Shown here: piece after piece, positions 1 through 11,970 of the stretch
How the letters are laid out: each line of letters starts with the position of its first letter
Numbering within the stretch: position 1 is the first letter of the stretch
Assembly (NCBI GenBank): GCA_951406725.2
Contig: OX597817.1
Location: forward strand, 84,010,001-84,074,000
Reading direction: 5' to 3'
Length of the DNA: 64,000 nucleotides
DNA from: Octopus vulgaris
Taxonomy: Eukaryota
Position numbers and translations under genes: made by a program
Notes under the pieces: model-generated
The model's database searches: none
The model's input: only the letters and a program-made list of their open reading frames with translations
Told to the model about the DNA's origin: nothing

Positions 1-1050
1 CCGTGTCAGGCTATATGCATTATCCCATAACACTGCTTCATCGACCTGGGCCGCCGACCATCCAACTGGACACTAGCACCTGGCCAGTTCCAAGCAGTCG
101 ATCATTTTGCGGGCATCTTTCAAGGTGTTGTGGACCGGTTTAACATTCGCGGGCGTCCCCGACATCTGAACATCTCCCCAGCTGAACGCTCGTCCTTTCG
201 ATGTCTCCGACGCCGCAAAGACATTATCATAAAACCGTCCGACAAGAGTGAAGTCGTGGTTGTGTGGCGCGCAAACCTCTACAAGCCTGAAGCTCTCCGC
301 CAACTTCAAAACATCTCCTTCTACTATCCTCAGCCCACAAACTCTACGCCTAGCTACCAACAGACTGTCCTCCACTATCCATGATCTCATATCCTCTTCC
401 CATCTCCCTCTCATCACCTCCCACCTCATTGTCCGTTCTCCTCGCACCCATACCATTTATTTCCTTCCCCAAATCCACAAACCCAACAACCCTGGCCGCC
501 CCATCGTCTCTGCTTATAACTACCCCATGGAACTCATCTCTAAATATATCAACCGTGTACTTACGCCCCTAGTGGCTTCCCTTCCCTCGCACAACCACGA
601 CACAAACCATGCTCTTCGTCTTTTCAAACTCTTTCTCCTTCCCTCCTGGCCCTTCTAAACTTCTCTTTACTCTTGATATCAAGAATCTATATACGGTGAT
701 CCCATAACACGGAGGACTTCTTACCCTCAGACACTTCCGAGACCTTCGACCCAACCCCCAACCTGACACGTCCACATTTCTTCGTCTGGCCGAACTTGTT
801 ATCTCCCTCAACTGCTTCTCCTTCGCGGGCGAGTTTTAGCAACGAGTCTCGGGAGTGGCCACAGGAACGAGAATAGGCCCCAACTATGCGAGCCTGTTCG
901 CTGGCTACGTTGAGGCCCATATATTTTCAAGATTCACTGGTCCCATTCCCGAAATATACGGTCGATACATTGATGACAGTATTGGTGCGACTTCGCTCTC
1001 CCGCGAACAACTAGACTCCTTCCTCTCTTTTGTCCAATTCTTCCATTTCC
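1..1050 (+). mobile_element. Penelope-like element (Neptune-like) reverse transcriptase, frameshifted/pseudogenic, truncated by window start
   Basis: PLE RT motifs in consecutive frames: NISPAERSSFRCLRRRKDIIIKPSDK, YFLPQIHKPNNPGRPIVS, GVATGTRIGPNYASLF, RYIDD. Confidence 0.92.
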
Positions 1051-1572
1051 GCTCTACCGGTCATAGATAGCTATTTTAATTAAATACAGCAGCAATTGCG
1101 TATGCTGGATTTTAATTAGCGAGGAGGCAATTCTTAACATTAGTGCATGTTTTATTTATTTTTTTCCTATATCAGGGACGACGAATTCTCATCCAAGCGT
1201 ATGACGGCCCACGAGTGCACGCTACTGAAAAGATCCAAATGATTGGCCGCTGCTGGAACGAATGTTCCTCTCTCCCCTCCCCCCTCTCTCTCTCACTTTT
1301 TCTCTACTATTTATTGTGTTTTTAATACAGCAAGTCCATAAGAGATTTTATCGCAGGAGAAATAGTTTAGTAACTAACCTATCGACGGTGTGTATACATT
1401 AAGTATGATAAACAGATAGCTCTTTTAATCAGTTACTGTCTCAATTGCGTATACTGGATATACGTATATTTCTATAAGCATATGCATATGCATATCTATC
1501 TATCTATCCATCCATCCATCCATCCATCAATCTATCTATCTATCCATCTATCTATCTATCTATCTATCTATC

Positions 1573-1615
<43 letters not shown>

Positions 1616-1699
1616 ATTAATAAATAAAACATATGCATATATATATATATACATATATGTACGTACCTACATCTACATGTATATATACACGCATATATG

Positions 1700-1935
1700 A
1701 GTACAGGACACCAAAAAACGTCGAACACAATGAGAAACGAAAACATAGACACGAAACCAAGGAACTGGACATTTTTCTTAAACAATAAAAAATAGAGTAC
1801 AGGACAAATAACACAAGGAAAAAAACCTTCTTCAGTCGCCATGGTTTCATCTACTCTGTGTTTCGAAGGTGAAGGCGAGACGCATCTTCGATAGAAACTT
1901 TCCTTCCTGCGAAAAGCAAATCAAATAAAATATCC
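1700..1935 (-). repeat. Short microsatellite-flanked repeat resembling a PLE terminal repeat
   Basis: Follows a TA-rich tract; shares a CGACTGA(A/G/T)GA motif and T-rich tail with repeats at 4230, 6580 and 16310. Confidence 0.4.
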
Positions 1936-1939
1936 ACAC

Positions 1940-2330
1940 GGCCCTTGCCCGAGCACGTTCCGTGGACCATAGCTCTTCTCTCTCTCTCCGTACCCGCACC
2001 ATCGTTACCCGCCCGTATCCCGTTTCCCTTCACCTTGCCCCTCCAACGAATCATTCTCCGAAAGTTCCGGCGACTCCAGTCCGATCCCTCCATCTCGCAC
2101 ATCTCCAACCTACCTCTGCCTTCCTTCAAACGAGCCCACAACCTACATGACCCTGGTTCACAGTTTCTTCCCTAACCCCATCTCCCAACCTGACTCATTT
2201 CCTTGCTCCTGTCCACGCTGCCGCACTTGCCCCTACCTCTTCAACACCACCATCTCACAGGCACCCAACATCGTCCCTATCATATGACTGACTCTTTTAC
2301 CTGTACTTCTAGCAACGTCATTTACTGCAC
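1940..2330 (+). mobile_element. Neptune-like PLE fragment: RT C-terminus, Cys-rich linker, start of GIY-YIG
   Basis: FPCSCPRCRTCPYL linker and DSFTCTSSNVIYC; highly similar to 7880-8160 and 33575-33680. Confidence 0.88.
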
Positions 2331-2754
2331 AACTACTACCCTACCCCTGGCCCAATTTCCTCCTCAAAACATTCCCACTATCTATCATCGCTCTAACTAC
2401 ACTATTCTACTGATGTAATTAAATACGAACAGAACTGCATACTTCACCAGTTCTTCTCTGTAATCATTTATCTTTCTTACTGCTCGGAACAATTTCACTC
2501 GTTATCCATCTTTCTTAATATTGTCCTCTCTAACAACATTTTACATTCATCACCCTCCTTAACCACCATACTAACTCTCTTCTACCACCATACGCCTCTC
2601 CCCATTTCTACATCTAGTCTTCACTCTTATTTCCATCTCACTTATGTGTCATCTCTCTTTCTCTCTCTCTCTCTCTCTCTCGCACTCGCTCTCTTCTGCT
2701 CTTTCTTTGATTCTTCCTCTGTCTACTGTATCATTATCATTATCACTATTATCA

Positions 2755-2970
2755 AAGCGGCCAGCCGACAGAATCGTTAGTACGCCGGACACAAGGCTTA
2801 GCGGCATTTCGTATGTTTTCACATCCTGAGTTCAAATTCCGCTGAGGTCGAGTTTGTCTTTCATCCTTTCGGAGTCGATAAAATATGTACCAGTTGAGTA
2901 CTGGGGTTGATGTAATCGACCAGTCCCTTCTCCCCAAATTTCAGGCCTTGCACCTTTTGCAGAAAGGATT
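2755..2970 (+). mobile_element. tRNA-derived SINE with Meta-like central domain
   Basis: B-box-like GAGTTCAAATTC followed by TTTCATCCTTTCGGAGTCGATAAAA; further copies at 23075, 27907, 40545 and 44435. Confidence 0.8.
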
Positions 2971-3598
2971 ATTATTACTATTATGCTGTTCTCCATTACT
3001 ATTTGATTATAATTACTATTCTACTACAGTTTCGGTCATTACCTCTCCCTTATTTCACCCAAATCACATCTGTCATTGGTCATCCCTTTAACCTTACTTA
3101 ATTTTTACAGTTGTCACTTACTCTTCCTTTTTCCCTACCATCTCTAATTATAACTCATCAACACTTATTCTTTTATTATATTTACCCACACACCCATTCA
3201 ATGTCTCTAGACATCTCTCATTCTCCCATGCACTCTTGCAACTCTACCCACCCACAGTTCCTCTTCTGTCCCTACTCACCTCGTACCCTGAGGTTCAGCT
3301 CTGACACCTCATCACCACTGTTTTGATCTCTTCCTAGGTCCACCCCAGTTATTCTCATCCTCACTTTTACAATGAGTGTAGCCCTGTCGCTCTTCTACAG
3401 CAAGAAACCCGATCTGTTCCGACCCCTCCTGGCATAGAGCCACTTCCTTTTTCACTTTAGCGCCACTTTGCCGAAGGGGATGTTTGTCTCGCAAGTTGTA
3501 CGGCGACTACACTAGCACCGAATCCACGATTACGAAAAACACCTAGTACACACTGTGAAGTGGTTGACGTTAGGAAGAGCATCCAACCGTATATATAT

Positions 3599-3982
3599 AT
3601 ACGAGCAAAACGTCACCCACCCAACGGACAGTGCTGAGTTGTCAAACATTTAAATCAAATTTTCTCAAGACAACTTGTCCGACCGTCCCATTTTGTAGCA
3701 TTATTTCAAGCCAGCAGGCTATTTTTGCGGAAACTGCACGAGCATTTTTCTCGCGTACGCGTAGTATCGATCGCAACAGCTGATGTACTTGCGCGTACAA
3801 ATGCACGTTCCTATGGCTTTATCGATCGCATTCACACCTGGAATCGATTTTTGCATTTTTTTCAAGACTTATACACGCCCTGATACCGTCGGTATCTACA
3901 TATCAAATTTGAGCGCAATCGGATGGAGGATGACCGAGATCCTAGAAGACACACACACAGACAGGCAGAATGGATTTTATAT
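3599..3982 (+). mobile_element. Non-autonomous Helitron-like (Lep1/HINE-type) repeat, copy 1
   Basis: Near-identical 5' and 3' parts at 4779-5158; 3' end CAAATTTGAGCGCAATCGGAT...(AC)n...TTTTATA; inserted in (TA)n. Confidence 0.55.
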
Positions 3983-3996
3983 AATATATATATATA

Positions 3997-4208
3997 TAAC
4001 AGGAAGGTTTACGAAAATAAACAATAGACGAAGGTAGGTGGAGTACAAATAAACAAATGTATTAGTATGGCGCTCAGGAATAGAAATAGAACAAGTCTTT
4101 TACGTTTCGAGCCTACGCTCTTCGACAGAAAGACACATAGAAAAAAAAACAAGGAGAGAAACAAGGAGAGAAAAAAATGCGTGTAGGAGCTAACGATCTA
4201 TTATGGCA
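3997..4208 (-). mobile_element. Solo ~210-bp PLE terminal (pLTR) cassette carrying an HHR
   Basis: Near-identical to 52305-52510; its tail matches the 3' end of the PLE at ~9040-9170; flanked by (TA)n. Confidence 0.8.
4095..4134 (-). ncRNA. Minimal type-I hammerhead ribozyme motif (A6U variant core)
   Basis: GTCTTT-CTGTCGA-A-GAGC-GTAG-GCTC-GAAA-CG-TA-AAAGAC: perfect 6-bp stem I, 4-bp stem II, ACGU palindromic stem III. Confidence 0.8.
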
Positions 4209-4227
4209 TATATATATATATCCCCCC

Positions 4228-4660
4228 ACCACCAAAAAAAAGGAACACAAACGCAACAGACAACAAAAACATGCGGACAGATAGACGACACAGACAGACA
4301 GGAAAAACCAGGACAGATCATTCGTGGTCCTTTATTCATGAGTCAAGCTTCCAGTCATCATCACAGCCTTGGTCTGTCACACTCAAGACTGTTTAAAATT
4401 GGTAGGCCTCCAAAATCTAAGCTAAGAGTATTAAATTTTTGGGAGAAAGCAAGCGAACCTGTACGACAACACGGACAAAAACCGAGAAAACGGAGAAAAT
4501 GTTACACGATTACAAACACTATGACAATGATTGGAAGCTTGACTGATGAATAGAGGGACACGAATGATCCGTCCTGATTTTTCCTGTCTGACTTGTACGT
4601 ACGTCTATCTGTTCGTATGTTTTTGCTGTCACCTGTTGCGTTCTTGTTCCGTTTTTTTAA
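4228..4660. repeat. Fold-back repeat (arms ~4233-4365 and ~4520-4658), pLTR-like
   Basis: TTCGTGGTCCTTTATTCATGAGTCAAGCTTCC is the imperfect reverse complement of GGAAGCTTGACTGATGAATAGAGGGACACGAA; related to 5978-6097, 6580-6890 and 16310-16625. Confidence 0.7.
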
Positions 4661-4709
4661 AAATTATATATACTTATAGCGGTGTACGTACACCTTTGCT
4701 CACCTTGTA

Positions 4710-4778
<69 letters not shown>

Positions 4779-4781
<3 letters not shown>

Positions 4782-5158
4782 GAGCAAAACGTCCCCGTCC
4801 AATGGACGGTGCTGAGTTGTCAAACATTTAAACCAAATTTTCTCAAAACAACTTGTCCGACCGTCCTATAGGCCTCCTCTTTGAAAAACACTGATTTAAC
4901 CTAAATTTGAGACACCAGCAAAAGAAGAAATAAAGATAGACTTCTTTCTATTCCAAGAAAAACGATTTTACAAATGCACGTTCCCACGGCTTTATCGATT
5001 ACAGTCTCACCTGGAATCGATTTTTGTAATTTTTCAAGACTTATACACGCCCTGATACCGTCGGTATCTACATATCAAATTTGAGCTCAATCGGATGGAG
5101 GATGCCCGAGATCCTAGAAGACACACACACACACACACACACACAACGGATTTTATAT
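4779..5158 (+). mobile_element. Non-autonomous Helitron-like repeat, copy 2
   Basis: Same ends as 3599-3982 with a different middle; flanked by (TA)n and (TATG)n. Confidence 0.55.
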
Positions 5159-6579
5159 TATGTATGTATGTATGTATGTATGTATTTATGTATGTATGTA
5201 TGTATGTATGTATGTATGTATGTATGTATGTATTTATATGTATATGTATATATATGCGCGGATGAAGAGGTTCCTTTTATCTTTAAATGTTTTCCAACAT
5301 GAAACGAATATTTTGGATTATTCTATCTTCGCTGCTATTCTCTTTCCCCCACCTCTTCTTCTTTACTTTCTTAGTTTTCATAATTATTTCTGTAGTCTCT
5401 AGCATTCTTCCTTCTCGTTCTAGTTATCTTTTGGCCTTAGGTTTAATTTTTCGGCTTAACAATGCAATACCATGACTGCTTAAAGGCTCTGTTATTGTTA
5501 TTTTTTTTTTAATTACGTATGCTCATCATCTCCTTTATTCTCCGTATCTTACTCTCTTTTCCTAATTTGTTATGTTTTTGTACGGTTTCCGCTATGATTA
5601 TTCATGCTACATTTATTTTCCATTGTTTCCACATCTTCATTCGATAGCATCACAAGATCGTTCCTCTTTTTCTTCCTTTTTTTAATTCATTAATTTGTCA
5701 TGAATCTCAAATCTCAATATCGGCCTTTTCATGCTACAACGACAATCTTTCTTATCTGTCTTCCTTCGTCTTTCGCTTTTTACTTTTAATTCTTTTCCCC
5801 TTTACTTCTCTTTCTTCCCAGCCTTTATTTTCTAGATCACAGTTTTCCTTTCTCACTATCTTTCATTTCATTCTTACTCAATAGATCTTCAATCTTGCAC
5901 ACAATATACATTATTTGCAAAGAATAATGATATTCTTTAAAGAACTATGTGATTATTTATATATATATATATATATATGCTCTTAGCTTAGTTTTTCCTT
6001 GGGGCTGGCCAGATTGGAGCGATCTAGAGTATAACCATCCGAAATTGCAAAGATAATCTGGAAAGAAAACTCCGAATGACCCGTCCTTGTTTTTCTTTAT
6101 ATATATATATAGCGGCGTACGTACACTTTGGTCTCTTTCGTCTCTTATATGTAAGTATATATTTATCTAAATCTTGTACGACTCTCTTCTTCCTTTCTTT
6201 TATTCTTTCCTTCTTTCTATCAGCCCTTTCACGCTTACACTTCGTTCATTCCACACTTCGTTCTTTCGTTCCCCCTCTCTCACATTTCCTTGCCTTCTCT
6301 TCATGCTCACTTTCCCTCCTCTTTTCACTTAACAGTGACCCTGTCATTTTTTCTCGCCCTACCTTATTTCTTCTGTTTCTCTGCCTCTACCTCTCTCTCT
6401 TCTCTCCCCACGTGATCGGTGTTCAACCAAGCCTAACCTTTCTTTCTTGGTTCGGGTGCTGTCCGTGCAACATCTATATTCCTCCCAATACCAATGAAAA
6501 CTTGTATCCCTGCCGTGAGGGTTTACTCCCACACACGCCAGCTTAATTTAATTCAACCTTAGTCGAAAGACACCTGTTG

Positions 6580-6883
6580 TTATGTCCTGTTATTTGTATT
6601 TGTGTGACATTCTCCGTTTTTTCAGTCCTTGTTTTCGTATACATTCGCTGCTTTCTTCCAAGGAATCTAACACCCTTAGCTTAGTTTTTTCTTGGCGCTG
6701 GCCAGATTGGAGCAATCTCGAGTATAGCCAGCCGAAATTGCAAAGATAATCTGGAACTCGACTGAGGAAAGAAAACTCCGAATGACCTATCCTTGTTTTC
6801 TTGTATCGTCTATCTGGATGTTTTCTTATCCTCTTTTTTAGTATCACCTAACTGTTTGGATGTTTTGCGTTCTTGTCGCATTT

Positions 6884-6890
<7 letters not shown>
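6580..6890 (+). repeat. (TA)n-associated dispersed repeat (family of 4228-4660, 5978-6097, 16310-16625)
   Basis: CTTAGCTTAGTTTT...CCAGATTGGAGC...CCGAAATTGCAAAGATAATCTGG shared with 5978-6097. Confidence 0.65.
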
Positions 6891-6925
<35 letters not shown>

Positions 6926-7045
6926 CAAGTAAAGGTAATAAACCTCATTAAGGGATCATAAATCCAATGAAAATACTAGTAAGTTACCAATCTATAGAAA
7001 GTTCAACTACAAGATAACCGTGGATCATATATTTATATATTCAAA

Positions 7046-7358
7046 GAATAAGGAGAAAATGGAGAGGTAATTAATAAAATTATTCATTAATTATAAAATA
7101 TGAGAATATCTATGACAGCTATTTCGATTCAGAAATCTTTAGATAATTAATTTATAAATTAAAATCATTATAACGGTTTATAGCCGTTATCTCAACAGTA
7201 TGTCTTTACTACCTCTGAAGAGATTTATCTTATTATGATTTTATTTTTATAAATTAATTATTTAAAGATTTCCGAATCGAAACGGCTGTTAGAGATGTTG
7301 TCGTATTTTATAATTAATAAATAATTTTATTAATTACCTCTCCATTTTCTCCTTATTC
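7046..7358. repeat. Inverted-repeat pLTR module between (TA)n tracts
   Basis: Arms ~7046-7172 and ~7230-7358 are imperfect reverse complements. Confidence 0.85.
7213..7292 (+). ncRNA. Hammerhead ribozyme motif, degenerate stem I
   Basis: CTGAAGA-GATTT...GAATC-GAAA-CGGCTG-TT; the opposite arm reads GAAA-TAGCTG-TC (GUC). Confidence 0.6.
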
Positions 7359-7471
7359 GCTATATGTATATATATATATATATATATACATACATGCATA
7401 CATACATACATGCATACATACATACATACATACATACATACATACATACATACATACATACATACATACAT

Positions 7472-7571
<100 letters not shown>

Positions 7572-7874
7572 GTTTGTATGTATGTATGTACATTGCTTAT
7601 AGCTCTACAAGCAACGTATCTCAAATTCATATGTATGAATAGGAGCGACTTCGTGTTGAAATGTGTGTGTGTGTGTGATAGAGAGAGAGAGAGACAGAAA
7701 GAATACGTGTACGTAATTATTTGAAAGCTTTAACTTCGTGAGGGAATAATAACTTAAGCACAGAGGTACAGTTTCGATGTGCACCCCCATCCACCAAAAA
7801 ATGACAGGGCGAGACTTCAGAACGATTTGCTTCACAACCTCTTGACGGCTCGTCAGAGGAGACATACTTAGTTC

Positions 7875-9172
7875 GCACCATTCTTCGAAAGTTTCAACGA
7901 CTCCAGTCCAACCCCTCCACCTCGCATACTTCCCCAAGCTACCCCTTCCCTCCTTCAAACGAGCCCACAACCTACGTGACTTCCTGGTTCACAGTTTCTT
8001 CCCTATTCCCACCTCCCAACTTGGCTCATTTCCTTGCTCCCACCCACGCTGCCGCACTTGCCCCTACCTCTCCAACACCACCATCTCGTAAGCACCCATC
8101 ATCGTCCCTATCATATCACCGACTCCTTTACCTGCAATTCTAGCAACGACATTCACTACATCTCCTGCTCTTTCTGCCCTTCTATGTACATCGCTCAAAC
8201 GGGACACCGCTTGTCTGACCGGTTCGCGGAGCACCTCAGAGACGTCAGACTCAGCGATGACACTCCGGTCTTGCGCCATTTCCGCTCTACCAGTCATTCA
8301 CTACAACACCTGTGTTCGGATTGTCTTTACACAGGGGCCACCCGGACTCACACCTTCACCGTGAGCAGGGATTAATCATCTCTCCTTTGCGCCACATGGG
8401 CTAAACTGCCCTCCTCTCTTCATCTGACTCCCCTCCATCCCCTCTCTTCATTTCACACTTACTTCCTCTCTTTACTCCTACCCACCTCTCTTCTCTCTTG
8501 CTCTGACACCTACTACCTCTCGTACCCACCTTCTCTTTTCATTGATACCCCTCCACTCACTCCCACATAGCCCACCCCTACTCCACACTCACAACCTAAC
8601 CCCATACCCATATCTCACCCCACACACCCACAATCCTAACCTACACCCAACCCCCACACCACCCACACACCTCCACATCACACCACACCACGCCACTCCA
8701 TACACGCTAGCACTGACAACCTCCCAGCACCTACACCACATACCATCATCTGCACACACACCATCATCCGCACACCCACACATCATCATCCACACACCCA
8801 CACATTACAGACGCACTCACTTACGCATACACACATCTACACACGCTAAATTTACTAGACTATCCACACACACACACACTTACATTCTCACATACATGCA
8901 CACGCACACCTTCATTTGGGGATCACCAATACTTTATTATCTCCCCTTCATTCAAACCCTCCAGTCAAACCTTTTTCCCAACCAGTCGCCATGCTTGATC
9001 ACTAAATCCACGGGTTTTTTAATTACTTTTTCTTATTCCTTTCTGCTGAATAGCGCAGACTCAAAACGTAAAATAATTTCTCACTTTCCGATCATCAAAC
9101 TAATACACCTGTTTGTTGTTCATATACCCGTCTTCGTCTTTTGTTTTTCTATAAATTTCAACTTTAAATTTC

Positions 9173-9175
<3 letters not shown>
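7875..9175 (+). mobile_element. Neptune-like PLE 3' portion: GIY-YIG endonuclease, CA-rich 3' UTR and terminal repeat
   Basis: DSFTCNSSNDIHYISCSFCPSMYIAQTGHRLSDRFAEH (GIY-YIG); ends in an HHR-like motif plus tail next to (TA)n. Confidence 0.85.
9039..9073 (+). ncRNA. Degenerate hammerhead motif at PLE 3' end
   Basis: CTTT-CTGCTGA-ATAGCGCAGACTC-AAAA-CG-TA-AAA aligns to the 4095-4134 HHR family. Confidence 0.5.
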
Positions 9176-9209
<34 letters not shown>

Positions 9210-9469
9210 CATACATACATACATACATACATACATACATACATACATACATACATACATGCATACATACATACATATGTATACATATAATACACATATA
9301 TACATATATATAAGCAAATATAATGACGTATACACATATAAGCATATACCCATACATATATATGTATGTACATAAATACACACATGTGTATGTGTTATAT
9401 ATATATATGTATGCATATATATACATATATGTATACACACACACATAAACACATATTCTTTTATTCTTT

Positions 9470-9787
9470 TTGTTTTATTTTGTTTCGTTTCAGCCTTTTG
9501 ACTGCGCTCATGCTGGAGCACCGCCTTGAAGATTTTTAGTCTAACAAATCTAACCCAGGACTTTTTGTTAAACTTAGTACTTATTCTTTTGGTCTCTTTT
9601 GCCTAACTGCTAAGTTATGGGGATGTAAACATACCAACACCGGTTATTAAGCCGTGATGAGGAAGGCAAACACAGACACAAAGATACACACCCATGGATA
9701 AATGCAACTGGTTTCTTTTAGCTTCTACCAAATGCACTAACAAGGATTTGGTAGGCCCGAGGCTATAGTAGAAGTCACTTCCCCAAG
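9470..9787 (-). mobile_element. tRNA-derived CORE-type SINE (octopus OR-like), head truncated
   Basis: Aligns to the copy at 63600-64000. Confidence 0.8.
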
Positions 9788-9819
9788 GAAAATAAGAATT
9801 AAGGTATAAACTCTAGTGG

Positions 9820-10071
9820 TATATAAGCTATATAATACAGTTCGAGGAACTCCACTTTCTTCGGCCGTTTCCAGAGTTCATGTCCTGGTAGAAATATTAA
9901 TTTATAAAAATCTGTGTCAAGTATGTGATTTTATGAGAATACCTTTCTTGATGAAGAGGACACTGTCCGCATGGTTTGTAAGAATTTTCATTAAATTTTC
10001 TACCAGGACATGAACTCTGGAAGCGACCATAAAAAGTAGACTTCCTCGAATTGTATTATATACCTTATATA
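9820..10071. mobile_element. Foldback/MITE-like palindromic element
   Basis: TTCCAGAGTTCATGTCCTGGTAGAAA pairs with TTTCTACCAGGACATGAACTCTGGAA; arms ~110 bp. Confidence 0.75.
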
Positions 10072-10244
10072 TATTTAAAAAACATCGAACTCTAAAGATC
10101 TTTTATTTGAAACTCTTAACCGCTCTTAACTTTAGTACAAAAATAATTTTTATCAGTTCTCTTTTTCTCACTCTTCCTTCCATACGTATCTCACATGGGT
10201 TTTATTTACACGTATTTTTATGTATATTTATATATATACTATTT

Positions 10245-10444
10245 TATTCTTTTACTTGTTTCAGTCATTTGACTGCGGCCATGCAGGAGCACCGCCTTTA
10301 GTCGAGCAAATCGACCCCGGGACTTATTCTTTGTAAGCCCAGTACTTATTCTATCGGTGTCTTTTGCCGAACCGCTAAGTGACGGGGACGTAAACACACC
10401 AGCATCGGTTGTCAAGCAATGCTAGGGAGACAAACACAGACATA

Positions 10445-10508
<64 letters not shown>

Positions 10509-11970
10509 TATACATATACGCGTTCAATAAGTAATGCCCCTGACCCACTTCCCATAGCAGTAGAACAACGAAACTTGGCACAGTTATTAGTCTTTTTCTA
10601 CATAGAAACCACTCAGAGTTACACATTTCTCCCATCGTTTGATGCAACTCTGGAGACCGTTTTTGTAGAAGACCCCAGCTTGGTCCTCCAACCACACGTG
10701 ACTTCAGAAATCAAGGCTGCATCATCTGGGAAACGCTTTCCTTTCAAAAACAACTTCATGGCTAGGAAGAGGTGAAAATCAGAGGGTGCAAGGTCAGGAG
10801 AGTAGGGGGATGGGGAGGAGTTCATAGCCCCACGCCTGTGCTTCTGATCTGGCGACACGCGAGTTGTAGACCGGAGCGTTGTCCTGCAGGAGGAGGATGC
10901 CTTTGCTGATCTTGCCCCGCCTCTTGATTTTGATAGCTTCTCTTAATTTCCTCAAAAGTGAAGCATAATAGGCTCCTGTAATTGTGGTACCCTTTGCCAG
11001 GAAATCTGTCATCACTACTCCGTCCTGGTCCCAGAAGACTGTGAGCATGACCTTGCCAGCGGAGGGCTGCACCCTTGCCTTCTTTGGAGGAGGTGAGTCA
11101 CGGAGCTTCCACTGCATTGACTGGGCTTTGGTCTCTGGATCATAGTGATGGACCCAGGTTTCATCCTGTGTAATCAGTCTTTTGAAAAATTTTGACTCAT
11201 CTTCTTGGCACATCTCCAAATTCATCCTCGAGCACTCGACGCGTTCTTGCTTCTGGAAAGGTGTGAGCAACCTGGGAATCCATCTGGCAGACACTTTTTG
11301 CATATGCAAATGGTCATGAATGATAGTTTCCACAGACCCGGTACTAAACTTGACCTCATGGGCTATTTGGCGAATAGTTATGCGTCGATCTTCCAAAATG
11401 CCAGCCTCAACTTGACGGACAGATGCCTCATCAATGGCAGAAGGGGGCGACCAGATCTGGGAGCTGTTTCCACAGAGTTCCGACCATGTTTTAATTCACG
11501 ATGCCAGCGTTTTACAAGGTCATATGATGGGGCATCATCACCATAAGTTACTTTCATTTCATCAAAAGTCTCCCGTGGTGTGCGTCCTTTCAAATACAAA
11601 AACCGGATCACTGCTCGACACTCAACAGGCTCCATTTCACACTTGACTCAGTTCAAACACCTGTATATCAGAAACCACAATTAGTTCAGAGCTGTAATTT
11701 GCCACTTAATCTATGGAGATATAAATAATTGCACATGTAAATTTTCAGCTAGATCAAACAACTGCAAGTGGGTCAGAGGCATTACTTATTGAACGCCCCT
11801 CGTACATATATACGACGGGCTTCTTTCAGTTTCCGTCTATCAAATCCACTCACAAGGCATTGGTCGGCCCGGGGCTATAGCAGAAGACACTTGCCCAAGA
11901 TGCCACGCAGTGGGACTGAACCCGGAACCATGTGGTTGGTTAGCAAGCTACTTACCACACAGCCACTCCT
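10245..11970 (-). mobile_element. CORE-type SINE interrupted in its internal (CA)n/(TA) tract by a mariner
   Basis: Tail at 10245-10445 and head at 11810-11970 are contiguous in the copy at 63600-64000; A-box TGGCTGTGTGG, B-box GGTTCAGTCCC, CORE-like CTTGGGCAAGT. Confidence 0.88.
10519..11802 (-). mobile_element. Mariner (DD34D) transposon, near full length, frameshifted transposase
   Basis: ORFs 11378-11635, 10794-11396 and 10619-10858 with WIPRLL, ITQDETWVHHY, QDNAP and YSPDLAPSD; ~37-bp TIRs (CGTTCAATAAGTAATGCC..TGACCCACTT); TA flanks. Confidence 0.96.

Noticed and set aside
3460-3506. HHR-like remnant downstream of the first PLE fragments
   Set aside because: Both core segments are mutated (TTGCCGA, GCAA); too degenerate to call.
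8542-9375. 277-aa His/Pro/Thr-rich ORF
   Set aside because: Low-complexity CA-rich PLE 3' UTR plus microsatellite; no domain.
11900-11970. tRNA-like A/B boxes
   Set aside because: SINE head; no complete cloverleaf.
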